Source of the DNA: Minisyncoccota bacterium
GTDB taxonomy: Bacteria > Patescibacteriota > Minisyncoccia > Phycocordibacterales > UBA918
DNA length: 64,000 nt
Direction of reading: 5' to 3'
NCBI GenBank assembly: GCA_021734905.1
Contig: JAIPIB010000001.1
Location: forward strand, 2,230-66,229
The translations under genes and the position numbers were made by a program. The notes below the pieces were generated by a model. It did not search any database and was not told where the DNA came from. It saw only the letters and a list, made by a program, of their open reading frames with translations. Positions 9,387 to 18,103 of this stretch are shown in pieces. Position 1 is the first letter of the stretch. Each line of letters begins with the position of its first letter.

Positions 9387-9569
9387 ATGAGTCAGTTTAT
9401 TAATTACCTTAAGGATACTGTTTCGGAGCTTAAACACGTGTCATGGCCAACAAACAAACAGACAGTTGTGTATACAGCACTCGTTATAGGTATCTCTATC
9501 GCCGTGTCAGTATTTGTCGGACTTTTTGACTTCGGTTTTTCTAAAGGTCTCGACTGGTTTGTTAAGTGA
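9387..9569 (+). CDS. secE: preprotein translocase subunit SecE
   Basis: 60-aa single-TM protein immediately upstream of nusG-rplK, canonical synteny; KDTVSELKHVSWPT..TALVIGISIAVSVFVGLFDF. Confidence 0.75.
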   Translation: MSQFINYLKDTVSELKHVSWPTNKQTVVYTALVIGISIAVSVFVGLFDFGFSKGLDWFVK

Positions 9570-9588
9570 AATAAAGAAACGAGCTTAA

Positions 9589-9650
9589 GCGACTATTCTG
9601 AATTTCCGTCCCGATTTCTTTATTCATAAAAGAAATCGCTGGACGTATCG
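9589..9650 (+). repeat. REP-like element, B-variant with ATTCATAA loop
   Basis: gcgactattctgaatttccgtcccgatttctttattcataaaagaaatcgctggacgtatcg; perfect stem cgatttcttt/aaagaaatcg. Confidence 0.65.
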
Positions 9651-9784
9651 ATTCTATGTAAAATTATTAAATAGAGGATAGCGGGCAGATAGGGCTGGTG
9701 CGTCGTAAAAATGCATTAGGAATAGCATTTTTCGACAGCCAACTTTTTCTAAACTCGTTACACTCGTAAGAAAAACTAAGCAGC

Positions 9785-10330
9785 ATGGCTAAACAACATA
9801 CAGACGGAGAACGACATTGGTATGCAATTCATACATATTCTGGTTATGAAAATGCAGTTGCACGTAACCTACGACAACGTATCGAATCACTTGGAATGGA
9901 AGATAGAATTTTTGAAGTAGTTGTACCAACCGAAAAGAAAATACGCGTGAAGGGAGGGAAGAGAATTACTGAAGAGGAAAGGATTTATCCTGGATACGTG
10001 CTCGTCGATATGGTTGTGACTGATGATTCATGGTATGTCGTACGTAACACTCCGCGCGTTACCGGATTCGTGGGTAGTGGAACACAGCCAGTCCCTCTTC
10101 GAAAAGAAGAACTTGATACCCTCATGAATCGCATGAAAGATGATGCTCCTAAACATCATATAGACCTTTCGATTGATGATGCCATTATGATTGTAGATGG
10201 ACCATTCAAAGAACTCGAAGGTAAGGTAGGTGAAATTGACTCCGAACGAGGAAAGGTGAAGGTACTCGTCTCGATGTTCGGTAGAGAGACTCCTGTTGAG
10301 CTTGATTTCTTGCAAATCAGAAAAATATAA
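9785..10330 (+). CDS. nusG: transcription termination/antitermination factor NusG
   Basis: NGN domain start (HWYAIHTYSGYENAV), C-terminal KOW region; secE-nusG-rplK synteny. Confidence 0.9.
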   Translation: MAKQHTDGERHWYAIHTYSGYENAVARNLRQRIESLGMEDRIFEVVVPTEKKIRVKGGKRITEEERIYPGYVLVDMVVTDDSWYVVRNTPRVTGFVGSGTQPVPLRKEELDTLMNRMKDDAPKHHIDLSIDDAIMIVDGPFKELEGKVGEIDSERGKVKVLVSMFGRETPVELDFLQIRKI

Positions 10331-10506
10331 AGTTCGGCCATTTTCTCTAAGAGAAAGAGAAGACAGTCTTGCAAACCTGCATTTTCTCTAGTACGATACG
10401 CGGGCTTCTAGAGACGTTCGGTTATGGAACGAATGGCTCAAAATAAAGATATAGTTTAATCTACCGAAGACAGTTTACTGTGTTTCACTCATAATAAAAT
10501 CTAGAC

Positions 10507-10929
10507 ATGGCAAAAAAATTAATTAAAAAAATCAAAGTTCAGGCAGTTGGTGGAAAGGCGACACCTGCTCCACCTCTCGGTCCCGTTCTTGGACAAGCAG
10601 GAATCAACATTGGTGAGTTTGTGAACCAATTTAATGAAAAGACTCGAGAACGAATGGGAGAAGTGGTTCCTGTTGAAATCAATGTATATGACGATCGAAG
10701 TTTTGATTTCATTACAAAGACATCACCGGCCTCTCGACTCATCCTTAAGAAAATTGGAAAGGAGAAGGCGTCAGGAAAAAATCTCACATCAAAAACTGGT
10801 GATATCACACGAGCACAGGTTCGTGAAATAGCAGAAGAAAAGATGCAAGACCTGAGCGCAAATGATATTGAGGCAGCAATGAAGATTATTGAAGGTACAT
10901 GCAGGTCAATGGGGGTCAATGTAATATAA
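10507..10929 (+). CDS. rplK: 50S ribosomal protein L11
   Basis: [46 protein letters not shown] is canonical L11; NOT followed by rplA. Confidence 0.9.
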   Translation: MAKKLIKKIKVQAVGGKATPAPPLGPVLGQAGINIGEFVNQFNEKTRERMGEVVPVEINVYDDRSFDFITKTSPASRLILKKIGKEKASGKNLTSKTGDITRAQVREIAEEKMQDLSANDIEAAMKIIEGTCRSMGVNVI

Positions 10930-11040
10930 AATTACATTGACCGAGGTTGTGAGTAGTTTGAGTTTACGAAAACTACTGTACAACCTGAACTGCCCATGTA
11001 ATGGGTCAATGTTGTTGAGTAATTAACATATTCATACTCA

Positions 11041-11081
11041 GACACTAAAAAAGACGGGTGATCCCCGTCTTTTTTAGTGTC
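11041..11081. terminator. bidirectional intrinsic terminator (18-bp perfect arms) between convergent rplK and folA
   Basis: gacactaaaaaagacggg-tgat-ccccgtcttttttagtgtc; A-run/T-run on both sides. Confidence 0.7.
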
Positions 11082-11083
11082 TA

Positions 11084-11569
11084 TTAACGTCCAAGTATGA
11101 CCCATGTATAAGGTGGTTCGTGTTCTGGATGATTTTCTTCTTTTAATACCTGTGTGAACATTGAATAGTCAGGAAAATAAGCGTCGGCTTCTCCGTCCTC
11201 TGCGTCAATGACAGTCAAGTAGAGTCTATCAGCCAAAGATATTGTTGAATCGTAGACACGAGCACCCCCAAAAATAAATATTTCGTCATGCTCAATTTCG
11301 TGAGCTTTTTCTAGCGCCGCATCAAGTGAAGTAACGACGATACAACCATCAATTTTTATAGGGGCGGAAGAGAGAACAATATTGGTCCTTCCGGGAAGTG
11401 GCCGCCCGATTGATTTATAGGTATTTAAACCCATAATTATTGGATGACCCATGGTAAGGGCTTTTACTCGCTTGAGATCATCACTAATACGCCAAATAAG
11501 CTCGTTTTTCTTCCCAAGCTCACGATTTCTGCCAACTGCAGCAATAATACTTATGCGAGGGATTTTCAT
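11084..11569 (-). CDS. folA: dihydrofolate reductase
   Basis: ISIIAAVGRNRELGKKNELIW..PIIMGLNTYKSIGRPLPGRTNIVLS matches DHFR consensus. Confidence 0.8.
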   Translation of the reverse strand: MKIPRISIIAAVGRNRELGKKNELIWRISDDLKRVKALTMGHPIIMGLNTYKSIGRPLPGRTNIVLSSAPIKIDGCIVVTSLDAALEKAHEIEHDEIFIFGGARVYDSTISLADRLYLTVIDAEDGEADAYFPDYSMFTQVLKEENHPEHEPPYTWVILGR

Positions 11570-11598
11570 TTGTAAATTATGGCATATTTCTTACGCTT

Positions 11599-12174
11599 TT
11601 GCCTCTTGAGAGATGGTTCCCTGTTCGCTATACTTTACGTATGGCAATTAACACGGGTATTTTTGGGGACACAACAAGTTTTGATCATCGATATATTAGT
11701 GATCATGTCAGACTTGAAGAGTTGGTTAAGTATTGGAAAAAACTTGGTCTTCGTATCGTGCTTACCTCAGGAACATTTGATCTATTTCACATCGGTCATG
11801 CACAATATTTAGAGAAAGCAAAAAGTTATGGAGACCTCCTTATTATCGGAGTCGACAGTGATGCAAAGGTAAAAGAACGGAAAGGCCCACATCGTCCTGT
11901 TGTACCTGAACTCGAGCGTGTCCAGATACTTTCTCATTGTCGACATGCAGATGTCATAACGCTAAAAGATGCTAGTGACCCTAAAAATCATCTTATTAAA
12001 ATAGTTTCCCCAGATGTCCTTGTTGTTTCAAAATCAACAAAACATGAAGATGGTGAGGTTGATGAAAAGGCCCAGTACTGTGGTGAGATCGTTATCCTTG
12101 AACCACAATCAGAAACATCGACAAGTGCAAAACTCAGGCTTATTCAGATAACGAGTGATGATAATGCAAAATAA
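11599..12174 (+). CDS. cytidylyl/adenylyl-transferase family protein (RfaE domain II / TagD-like nucleotidyltransferase)
   Basis: GTFDLFHIGH (GxFDxxHxGH nucleotidyltransferase motif) and ..GVDSDAKVKERKG..RPVVPELER.. pattern like HldE adenylyltransferase domain; true start may be Met at 11641. Confidence 0.6.
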   Translation: MPLERWFPVRYTLRMAINTGIFGDTTSFDHRYISDHVRLEELVKYWKKLGLRIVLTSGTFDLFHIGHAQYLEKAKSYGDLLIIGVDSDAKVKERKGPHRPVVPELERVQILSHCRHADVITLKDASDPKNHLIKIVSPDVLVVSKSTKHEDGEVDEKAQYCGEIVILEPQSETSTSAKLRLIQITSDDNAK

Positions 12175-13024
12175 AATTGCTATTGCGTATGTCCCTATTT
12201 TACATCAGGGCTATTTTTCATTCCTCAAGACTCTTGAAGAAGAAGGAGTTAAAATTTTATATTTAGTTTCAGATGATATTCTCATGTCCCATGAAGAACT
12301 CGACTATATCAATCGAAAAGATAGAATTCGAGCACTTCCTCATGAGGTTATGAAGCAACAGCTCTCATTACTAACTACAATGACAATTGATTCGCTTACT
12401 TCTGAAAAAATTCTTTTTTTGAAACAAGAATCAGCTAGCTTGGTCATGCCACGAGAGGATGTAAATTTATTTCTTGCAGAAACATATTTTGCAGAGTGTG
12501 AGATTGAGTATCTCAATATTTTTCTACGTATCAATCGAGAAAATTCAGGGGAGGGAAATATTCCAGAACATACAGAAATGGCATCATCAGAATTTGAGAG
12601 GAGCACAATGGCTTTAGTTGTTAAAGAGGCGACAAAATCTGCTGATTGGTGGAAACAAGTTGGCGCTGTTCTTGTAAAAGACGGTAAAGCAATTTTCCCA
12701 TCACATAATGAGCATATGCCTGATGAGGAGATTCCAAACGTTTTTGGTGACTTGCGCTCGCTTTATAAAAAAGGAGTTAATATAAACTATTCGACTGCAG
12801 CCCATGCGGAGATTGGAGTCATTGCAGAAGCTGCACGACAAGGCATATCAACACAGGGTGCTGAGTTCTTTGTAACGGATTTTCCATGTCCCTATTGCTC
12901 AAGACTTATCGCAAAAAGTGGAATTAAAAAAGTATATTATCTCAAGGGGTATGCCGTTCTTGAGGGAGACGAATTCTTCAAACAAATGGGGGTTGAAACG
13001 GTGAAGGTTGATGTCTCAGAATAA
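12155..13024 (+). CDS. dCMP/cytidine deaminase-fold protein with ~140-aa uncharacterised N-terminal domain
   Basis: C-terminal zinc-binding CDA motifs HAEIGVIAEAAR and PCPYCSRLIAKSGIKKVYY; N-terminal half has no recognisable motif; overlaps previous gene by 20 nt (operon). Confidence 0.65.
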   Translation: MMIMQNKIAIAYVPILHQGYFSFLKTLEEEGVKILYLVSDDILMSHEELDYINRKDRIRALPHEVMKQQLSLLTTMTIDSLTSEKILFLKQESASLVMPREDVNLFLAETYFAECEIEYLNIFLRINRENSGEGNIPEHTEMASSEFERSTMALVVKEATKSADWWKQVGAVLVKDGKAIFPSHNEHMPDEEIPNVFGDLRSLYKKGVNINYSTAAHAEIGVIAEAARQGISTQGAEFFVTDFPCPYCSRLIAKSGIKKVYYLKGYAVLEGDEFFKQMGVETVKVDVSE

Positions 13025-13071
13025 AAAACACGCGTCGAGTTTGGAAACCCGACGCGCTTTTTCCAGAAAGA

Positions 13072-13602
13072 TCAAACGGGGAATTCACCCGCTTCGTACC
13101 GAGTTGCAAACTCGGCTGCCCGCACCTTGTTCTTTTCACGATCTTTCGGATCTTTGAAGACAGGGATCTTCACTTCGCCGGTACCGTTCGGTATCCAGTA
13201 ATTCCAGTGTAGGTGAGGGACAGTGCCGGCGTTATCATTCATGGGGCCGAAACGCACGTGCAGATTCCCACCTTTGCCTAGCGAGTATTTTCCCTCAGTA
13301 CCTTCAATCCACTGGATAACGCGGAAGAAATCCAGCCACGCCTCTTCGGGGAGTTCTTCGAGGAAACGTACGTGCCACTTGCACACGATGACGAGTTGAA
13401 CCATGAGCGTTTTGCGCGGATATGGATTTTCCCAGACCATCCAGCTTTCATCCTCATAGAGGATGGTGTTGGTTTTGGTATCAACATTGCAGAATGGACA
13501 GGCTTCGGATTCAAAGCGTTTCCGCATTTCGAAGTATTGCTCGTAGTCTCTGCATCCTTCTAGGCAAAAGAGTTCTTCATCGGTGAGAACATGTTTTTTC
13601 AT
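13072..13602 (-). CDS. HIT-superfamily protein, divergent (motif HLHWN, GalT-like branch?)
   Basis: CPFC zinc-knuckle then ..VPHLHWNYWIP where third His of HxHxH is replaced; paralog of adjacent HIT gene. Confidence 0.5.
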   Translation of the reverse strand: MKKHVLTDEELFCLEGCRDYEQYFEMRKRFESEACPFCNVDTKTNTILYEDESWMVWENPYPRKTLMVQLVIVCKWHVRFLEELPEEAWLDFFRVIQWIEGTEGKYSLGKGGNLHVRFGPMNDNAGTVPHLHWNYWIPNGTGEVKIPVFKDPKDREKNKVRAAEFATRYEAGEFPV

Positions 13603-13690
13603 CAGGGATTCCTCCAGAGAATTTGAAACAAAAAAAGATCAGGGAAGACCTGATCATCTTTATATATTATAACATTATTCTGATCGAAAA

Positions 13691-14167
13691 TCAAATCTTC
13701 CAACCAAGCTTCACGCGAATAGCTTCGTCTGTTTCGTTTTGGGTTCCACCAACTATGAGGTGTGCGTGAAGATGTTCTACACTACTGCCGTTGTAAGCGG
13801 TATCACCAAAACGCATAAAAAAGCTTCCACCTTGAATGTCATAAGTGGTTGTTGCCCAGTCAAGAAGAGAGTAAAGATCTTTGAGAGCGCCAGAGTCCAT
13901 TTCTTGAGTTTTTGTAATATGTGAAGGCTTGTATACAAAAAGAAAGTGGTATTTTGTTCCTTCGTAGGGACTCATGTTTTCGGTTACAAACCAAAAATCA
14001 GTTTCTTCCAGAATTGGTTTGGGATGATATTTAGTGAAGTGCTCAGCACAAAAAGGGCAGACACCATCTGACTCAATCTTTGCCATAAGATTTTTTTGTT
14101 CATCAGTTCGAGCGTTCGCATGAACAAGACCTGTTTTGGATGGGATGTTCATAATTTTATATTGCAA
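13691..14167 (-). CDS. HIT-family hydrolase (histidine triad)
   Basis: CPFC motif and canonical HxHxHxx triad VEHLHAHLIVGG; overlaps thyA stop by 11 nt. Confidence 0.65.
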   Translation of the reverse strand: MQYKIMNIPSKTGLVHANARTDEQKNLMAKIESDGVCPFCAEHFTKYHPKPILEETDFWFVTENMSPYEGTKYHFLFVYKPSHITKTQEMDSGALKDLYSLLDWATTTYDIQGGSFFMRFGDTAYNGSSVEHLHAHLIVGGTQNETDEAIRVKLGWKI

Positions 14168-15050
14168 CAGGAATTCCTCTCATCGATTCGCCCGCTTCGT
14201 ATTCACTGAGTTCAAAGTCAGTTGCGCGGATTGTAAAAATATCTTTTGTTGGATTGATAAGCGAAACGGTAGGGAATGGTTTTGTTTCCCTTGCGAGAAG
14301 TTCTTCAACCATAGGAATTTGATCAACATAGATATGTGCATCAGAAATAGTATGTACATATTCATATGCTTCGTAACCTGTTGACTGCGCAATCATCATG
14401 GTAAGTGCTGCGTATTGAATCATGTTTGAAGGGACTCCAACAGGTACATCACCTGAGCGCTGAAACATGTGGAGAATAAGTTTACTGTCGATGATACGGA
14501 TATGGATCCAACCATGGCACGGGCAAACAACAACCTTTTGTTGTTTGCCCGTGCCTCGTATCGTGTATTGTGGCACCCACGGGGAAATGAAGTGAGTTCG
14601 AAGCTCTGGGAATTCTTGTATCTGCTCAACAATATTTTTGAATTGATTAAAAGTAGGCCCTTCCGAGGTGGGAAAGTCATGGAACGCACCGCCGTATGAT
14701 CCTGGACCAAGGTCACCCTCTTCGAGTCCGCGTTTTTCACATTTTTCTTTTGTGCCCCAAGGTGTCCAGAATTTACATCCATACGACTCAAGAGCTTCGA
14801 GTGTTCGTGCGCCATTCATAAACCCAATGATTTCTCCGACTGCCTGTTGCCAAAAACCCTTTACACTACGTTCGGTAATCATAGGGAATCCGTTTTCAAA
14901 TCTGAAGTGCATTGGGGTAGCTCCCATGAGAGTAAGTGCATCAGTGCCTTGCCGACTTGGCGTACGTATTCCTTTTTCTAAGATTTCTCGGAGCAGATTT
15001 TTGTATTGCTCATCAGGAGTACGTTCTGTGTATGGTTTCATCATATACAC
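14157..15050 (-). CDS. thyA: thymidylate synthase (ThyA family)
   Basis: N-terminal EKG..R..GTD..LMG...RF..GFP; active-site VVCPCHGWIH (Cys nucleophile), SGDVPVGVPSNMIQYAALT (Asn present, dUMP-type), C-terminal ..IPVAI. Confidence 0.8.
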   Translation of the reverse strand: MYMMKPYTERTPDEQYKNLLREILEKGIRTPSRQGTDALTLMGATPMHFRFENGFPMITERSVKGFWQQAVGEIIGFMNGARTLEALESYGCKFWTPWGTKEKCEKRGLEEGDLGPGSYGGAFHDFPTSEGPTFNQFKNIVEQIQEFPELRTHFISPWVPQYTIRGTGKQQKVVVCPCHGWIHIRIIDSKLILHMFQRSGDVPVGVPSNMIQYAALTMMIAQSTGYEAYEYVHTISDAHIYVDQIPMVEELLARETKPFPTVSLINPTKDIFTIRATDFELSEYEAGESMRGIPVAI

Positions 15051-15108
15051 ATCATGATACTTGATTTGTAAATGAAGTGAAACTAACGGGCGGTGTTAAA
15101 ATATAAAT

Positions 15109-15534
15109 ATGATGAAAATGCAAGTTGTACGCCTTAATGACTCAGCAAAATTGCCACAATTTGCGCATGATACAGATGCGGGAATGGATCTGTTTTGTAA
15201 TGAGGTCATTGTCGTCGCTTCTGGTGAAAGAGTGCAAATTAAGACGGGGATTGCTGTAGCAATTCCTGATGGACATGCTGGTCTTATTTGGGACAAGAGC
15301 GGACTTTCACAAAAATATGGTTTAAAAACCCTTGGCGGTGTTATTGATTCAGAATATCGTGGTGAAATCATTGTTGGAATGGTGAACTTGGGTCAGGACT
15401 CGTATACAATCCAGGTTGGTGATAAAATTGCACAGATACTTATCCAGAAAGTTGAACATCCAAGTATAGAAGAGGTTACTTCGCTCGAGGAGACTCTTCG
15501 CGGAGAAAATGGTTTTGGAAGTACAGGAATTTAA
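15109..15534 (+). CDS. dut: dUTP diphosphatase
   Basis: Dut motifs (AGMDL, GVIDSEYRGEI, C-terminal GFGSTG). Confidence 0.85.
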   Translation: MMKMQVVRLNDSAKLPQFAHDTDAGMDLFCNEVIVVASGERVQIKTGIAVAIPDGHAGLIWDKSGLSQKYGLKTLGGVIDSEYRGEIIVGMVNLGQDSYTIQVGDKIAQILIQKVEHPSIEEVTSLEETLRGENGFGSTGI

Positions 15535-15587
15535 ATATGATTTAACGAACTAACATACGAAGTTTATTAAACAATAGTATTTTTGAT

Positions 15588-16853
15588 ATGAATTACGAAT
15601 ATATAGAGAAACAAGACAAAGAAGTGTTTGGGGCAATACAAGGAGAAGAGGAGCGGGAAGCGAAGGGGTTTGAGCTTATTCCAAGTGAGAACTATGTGTC
15701 GCGAGCCGTTCGCGAAGCGAACGGCTCAGTGTTTACGAATAAATATTCAGAGGGGTATCCGGGGAAGCGATACTACGGTGGTCAGGAATTTACCGATGTT
15801 GTCGAGACGATCGCAATTGATCGTGCAAAAAAACTTTTCAACTGTGCATATGCAAATGTGCAGCCACTCTCAGGAGCGCCTGCAAATGCCGCAATGTATT
15901 TTGCTCTCCTTGAGCCAGGGGACACCGTTCTTGGTATGGACCTCTCCCATGGTGGACATCTTACACATGGTCATCCAACCACTTCAATTAACAAAGTCTT
16001 CAATTTCGTACGGTACAAGATGAAGGACGTGAACACTGGTGAGATTGATTATGACCACCTTAGACAAGTTGCGCTCGAGCATAAACCAAAAGTCATTCTC
16101 GCGGGATTTTCTGCATATAGCCGAGAACTCGATTATGCGAAGTTTGTAGAAATTGCGAAAGAGGTTGGAGCATACACTGTTGCTGACATGGCGCATATTG
16201 CGGGCCTGATTGCAGGTGGTGCGGCACGGAATCCATTTGATGATGGCTTTGATGTTATTACGACCACAACACATAAGACTCTCCGAGGTCCCCGTGGCGG
16301 AATGATTCTTACCCGTGAGAATGAAGAAATTTCAAAGAAAATCAATAAGACAGTGTTCCCGGGAATGCAGGGAGGGCCACACATGAATATTATTGCAGGG
16401 AAGGCGGTTGCTTTTGGGGAAGCAATGAGCCCAAAGTTTAAAGTGTATGCCGTACAAATTCTAAAAAATGCTAAAGCGATGGAAGCTGTATTTCACACTG
16501 CGGGCATCCGTATGCAGGGAGGAGGGACATCAAACCACCTCATTCTTGCGGATGTCTTTGGCTCACTCGGAATTTCAGGAAAGGAAGCGGAAGTTGCTCT
16601 TGATGCGATTGGCATCACACTCAACAAAAACATGATTGCAGATGAGACGCGTACTGCAATGGATCCTTCAGGTATTCGATTTGGCACACCAGCAATGACA
16701 ACCCGTGGGATGAAAGAAGAGGATTCAACGAAAGTCGCTGAATTCATGGTCGCCAGACTCAAAGATCACACAAGTGAATCAAAGGCACAAGAACTCAAAG
16801 CAGGAGTTGAAGCACTTTGTGCAAAGTTTCCAATTCCTGAAGTGATGGTGTAG
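15588..16853 (+). CDS. glyA: serine hydroxymethyltransferase
   Basis: LIPSENYVS, PLP-Lys region TTTTHKTLRGPRGG, canonical SHMT. Confidence 0.9.
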   Translation: MNYEYIEKQDKEVFGAIQGEEEREAKGFELIPSENYVSRAVREANGSVFTNKYSEGYPGKRYYGGQEFTDVVETIAIDRAKKLFNCAYANVQPLSGAPANAAMYFALLEPGDTVLGMDLSHGGHLTHGHPTTSINKVFNFVRYKMKDVNTGEIDYDHLRQVALEHKPKVILAGFSAYSRELDYAKFVEIAKEVGAYTVADMAHIAGLIAGGAARNPFDDGFDVITTTTHKTLRGPRGGMILTRENEEISKKINKTVFPGMQGGPHMNIIAGKAVAFGEAMSPKFKVYAVQILKNAKAMEAVFHTAGIRMQGGGTSNHLILADVFGSLGISGKEAEVALDAIGITLNKNMIADETRTAMDPSGIRFGTPAMTTRGMKEEDSTKVAEFMVARLKDHTSESKAQELKAGVEALCAKFPIPEVMV

Positions 16854-16926
16854 AGCATGAAAAACCCCGACCGCGAAGGGGTCGGGGTTTTTCATTGCGA
16901 GCATTCATGCGTTACAATGTTTTAAC

Positions 16927-18018
16927 ATGCAGATACTTATCAGGATATACAAAGCGCTGCGAGACTTTATCCGGCACCATTGGCTTACAGCAGCTTTTCT
17001 TTTTGGTTTTATCCTCGATACCATTACACTCAATCGTGTCGATCAGGTATTTGATAACATAGTACTCTTTTCATACGTTATTCTCGCAATGACCTCAATT
17101 TTACTCCTCTATTCCGGAGTTGCTGAGAGGTATAGTGATCGAGTAAATTTATTCCTTAGAAAGAAAGCACCGCTCCTTATGCAATATTCTTTTGGAGGAC
17201 TTCTTTCAGGGATGCTTATTTTCTACGGACGAGGTGGTTCGTTTTCTGAAAGCTGGCCGTTTATTTTTTTGATACTTAGTGTTATCTACGGAAACGAGAC
17301 AATTAAAGACCGAGCAGGGCGCCTTGTATACAACCTGGTGATATTTTTTGTCGGACTGTTTGCGTACGTTGTTCTTGTTGTACCCGTTGCCCTCGCAAAA
17401 ATGGGACCGATGATTTTTGTTGGAAGTGGATTTCTTGCGCTTTTCATAATGTATATGTTTCTTCGGACTTTGGAAAAAATTGTACCGAATTTTATTCGTT
17501 TGCAAAAACGGAATATTGTATTCATTATAGGATTGATATATGTCTCATTAAACTTTTTGTACTTTACCAATATTATTCCGCCGATACCGCTCTCACTAAA
17601 AGACGTTGGGATATATCACAATGTTACACATGTTCAGGATGGCTCATATGAACTCACGTATGAAAAGCCAAAGTGGTGGGTATGGTACCGAGACTCAGAT
17701 AGCAGTTTTCATTACAGTTCAGGCGGAGAGGTCTATTGTTATGCATCTGTGTTTGCGCCAGCAAGGCTCGTTGTAGATATTTATCATAGATGGGAGTATT
17801 ACAACGAGGTGGCTGGTGAATGGGTGCAGCACTATAGAATTGCTTATCCAATTTCTGGTGGACGGGGTGAAGGATATCGTGGATATACTAGTATCAGTGC
17901 GTACCAAGAAGGGAAATGGCGGTGTATCGTTGAGACTGGACGAGGACAGGTTATTGGAAAGGAGACATTTACCATCGTCAGTGGAATGCAAGGTGAGCTT
18001 ATGTCGCGAACTGAGTAA
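16927..18018 (+). CDS. hypothetical polytopic membrane protein with C-terminal beta-rich extracytoplasmic domain
   Basis: 6-7 predicted TM helices then soluble domain (YHNVTHVQDGSYELTYEKPKWWVWYRD..); no known motif recognised. Confidence 0.4.
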   Translation: MQILIRIYKALRDFIRHHWLTAAFLFGFILDTITLNRVDQVFDNIVLFSYVILAMTSILLLYSGVAERYSDRVNLFLRKKAPLLMQYSFGGLLSGMLIFYGRGGSFSESWPFIFLILSVIYGNETIKDRAGRLVYNLVIFFVGLFAYVVLVVPVALAKMGPMIFVGSGFLALFIMYMFLRTLEKIVPNFIRLQKRNIVFIIGLIYVSLNFLYFTNIIPPIPLSLKDVGIYHNVTHVQDGSYELTYEKPKWWVWYRDSDSSFHYSSGGEVYCYASVFAPARLVVDIYHRWEYYNEVAGEWVQHYRIAYPISGGRGEGYRGYTSISAYQEGKWRCIVETGRGQVIGKETFTIVSGMQGELMSRTE

Positions 18019-18103
18019 GGTTATTAGTTGTATAAAGAGATATTGATGAATGCTTTGCACAACTTGGAAACTCCTTGTATTGTGTTGATACAATATATAA
18101 AGC

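Noticed and set aside
10930-11040. L1-binding autoregulatory leader mimic downstream of rplK (hairpin aggttgtgagtagttt / aaactactgtacaacct at ~10952-11000)
   Set aside because: A long imperfect hairpin is present, but without rplA downstream and without the conserved L1-site motif (GGGAGA-type bulge) I cannot support it. It may just be part of the terminator region.
14136-15057. + strand ORFs 14136-14384, 14469-14699, 14668-15057 and - strand ORFs 14180-14392, 14420-14815
   Set aside because: These are antisense or alternative-frame ORFs inside thyA, which has strong family motifs. They are spurious.
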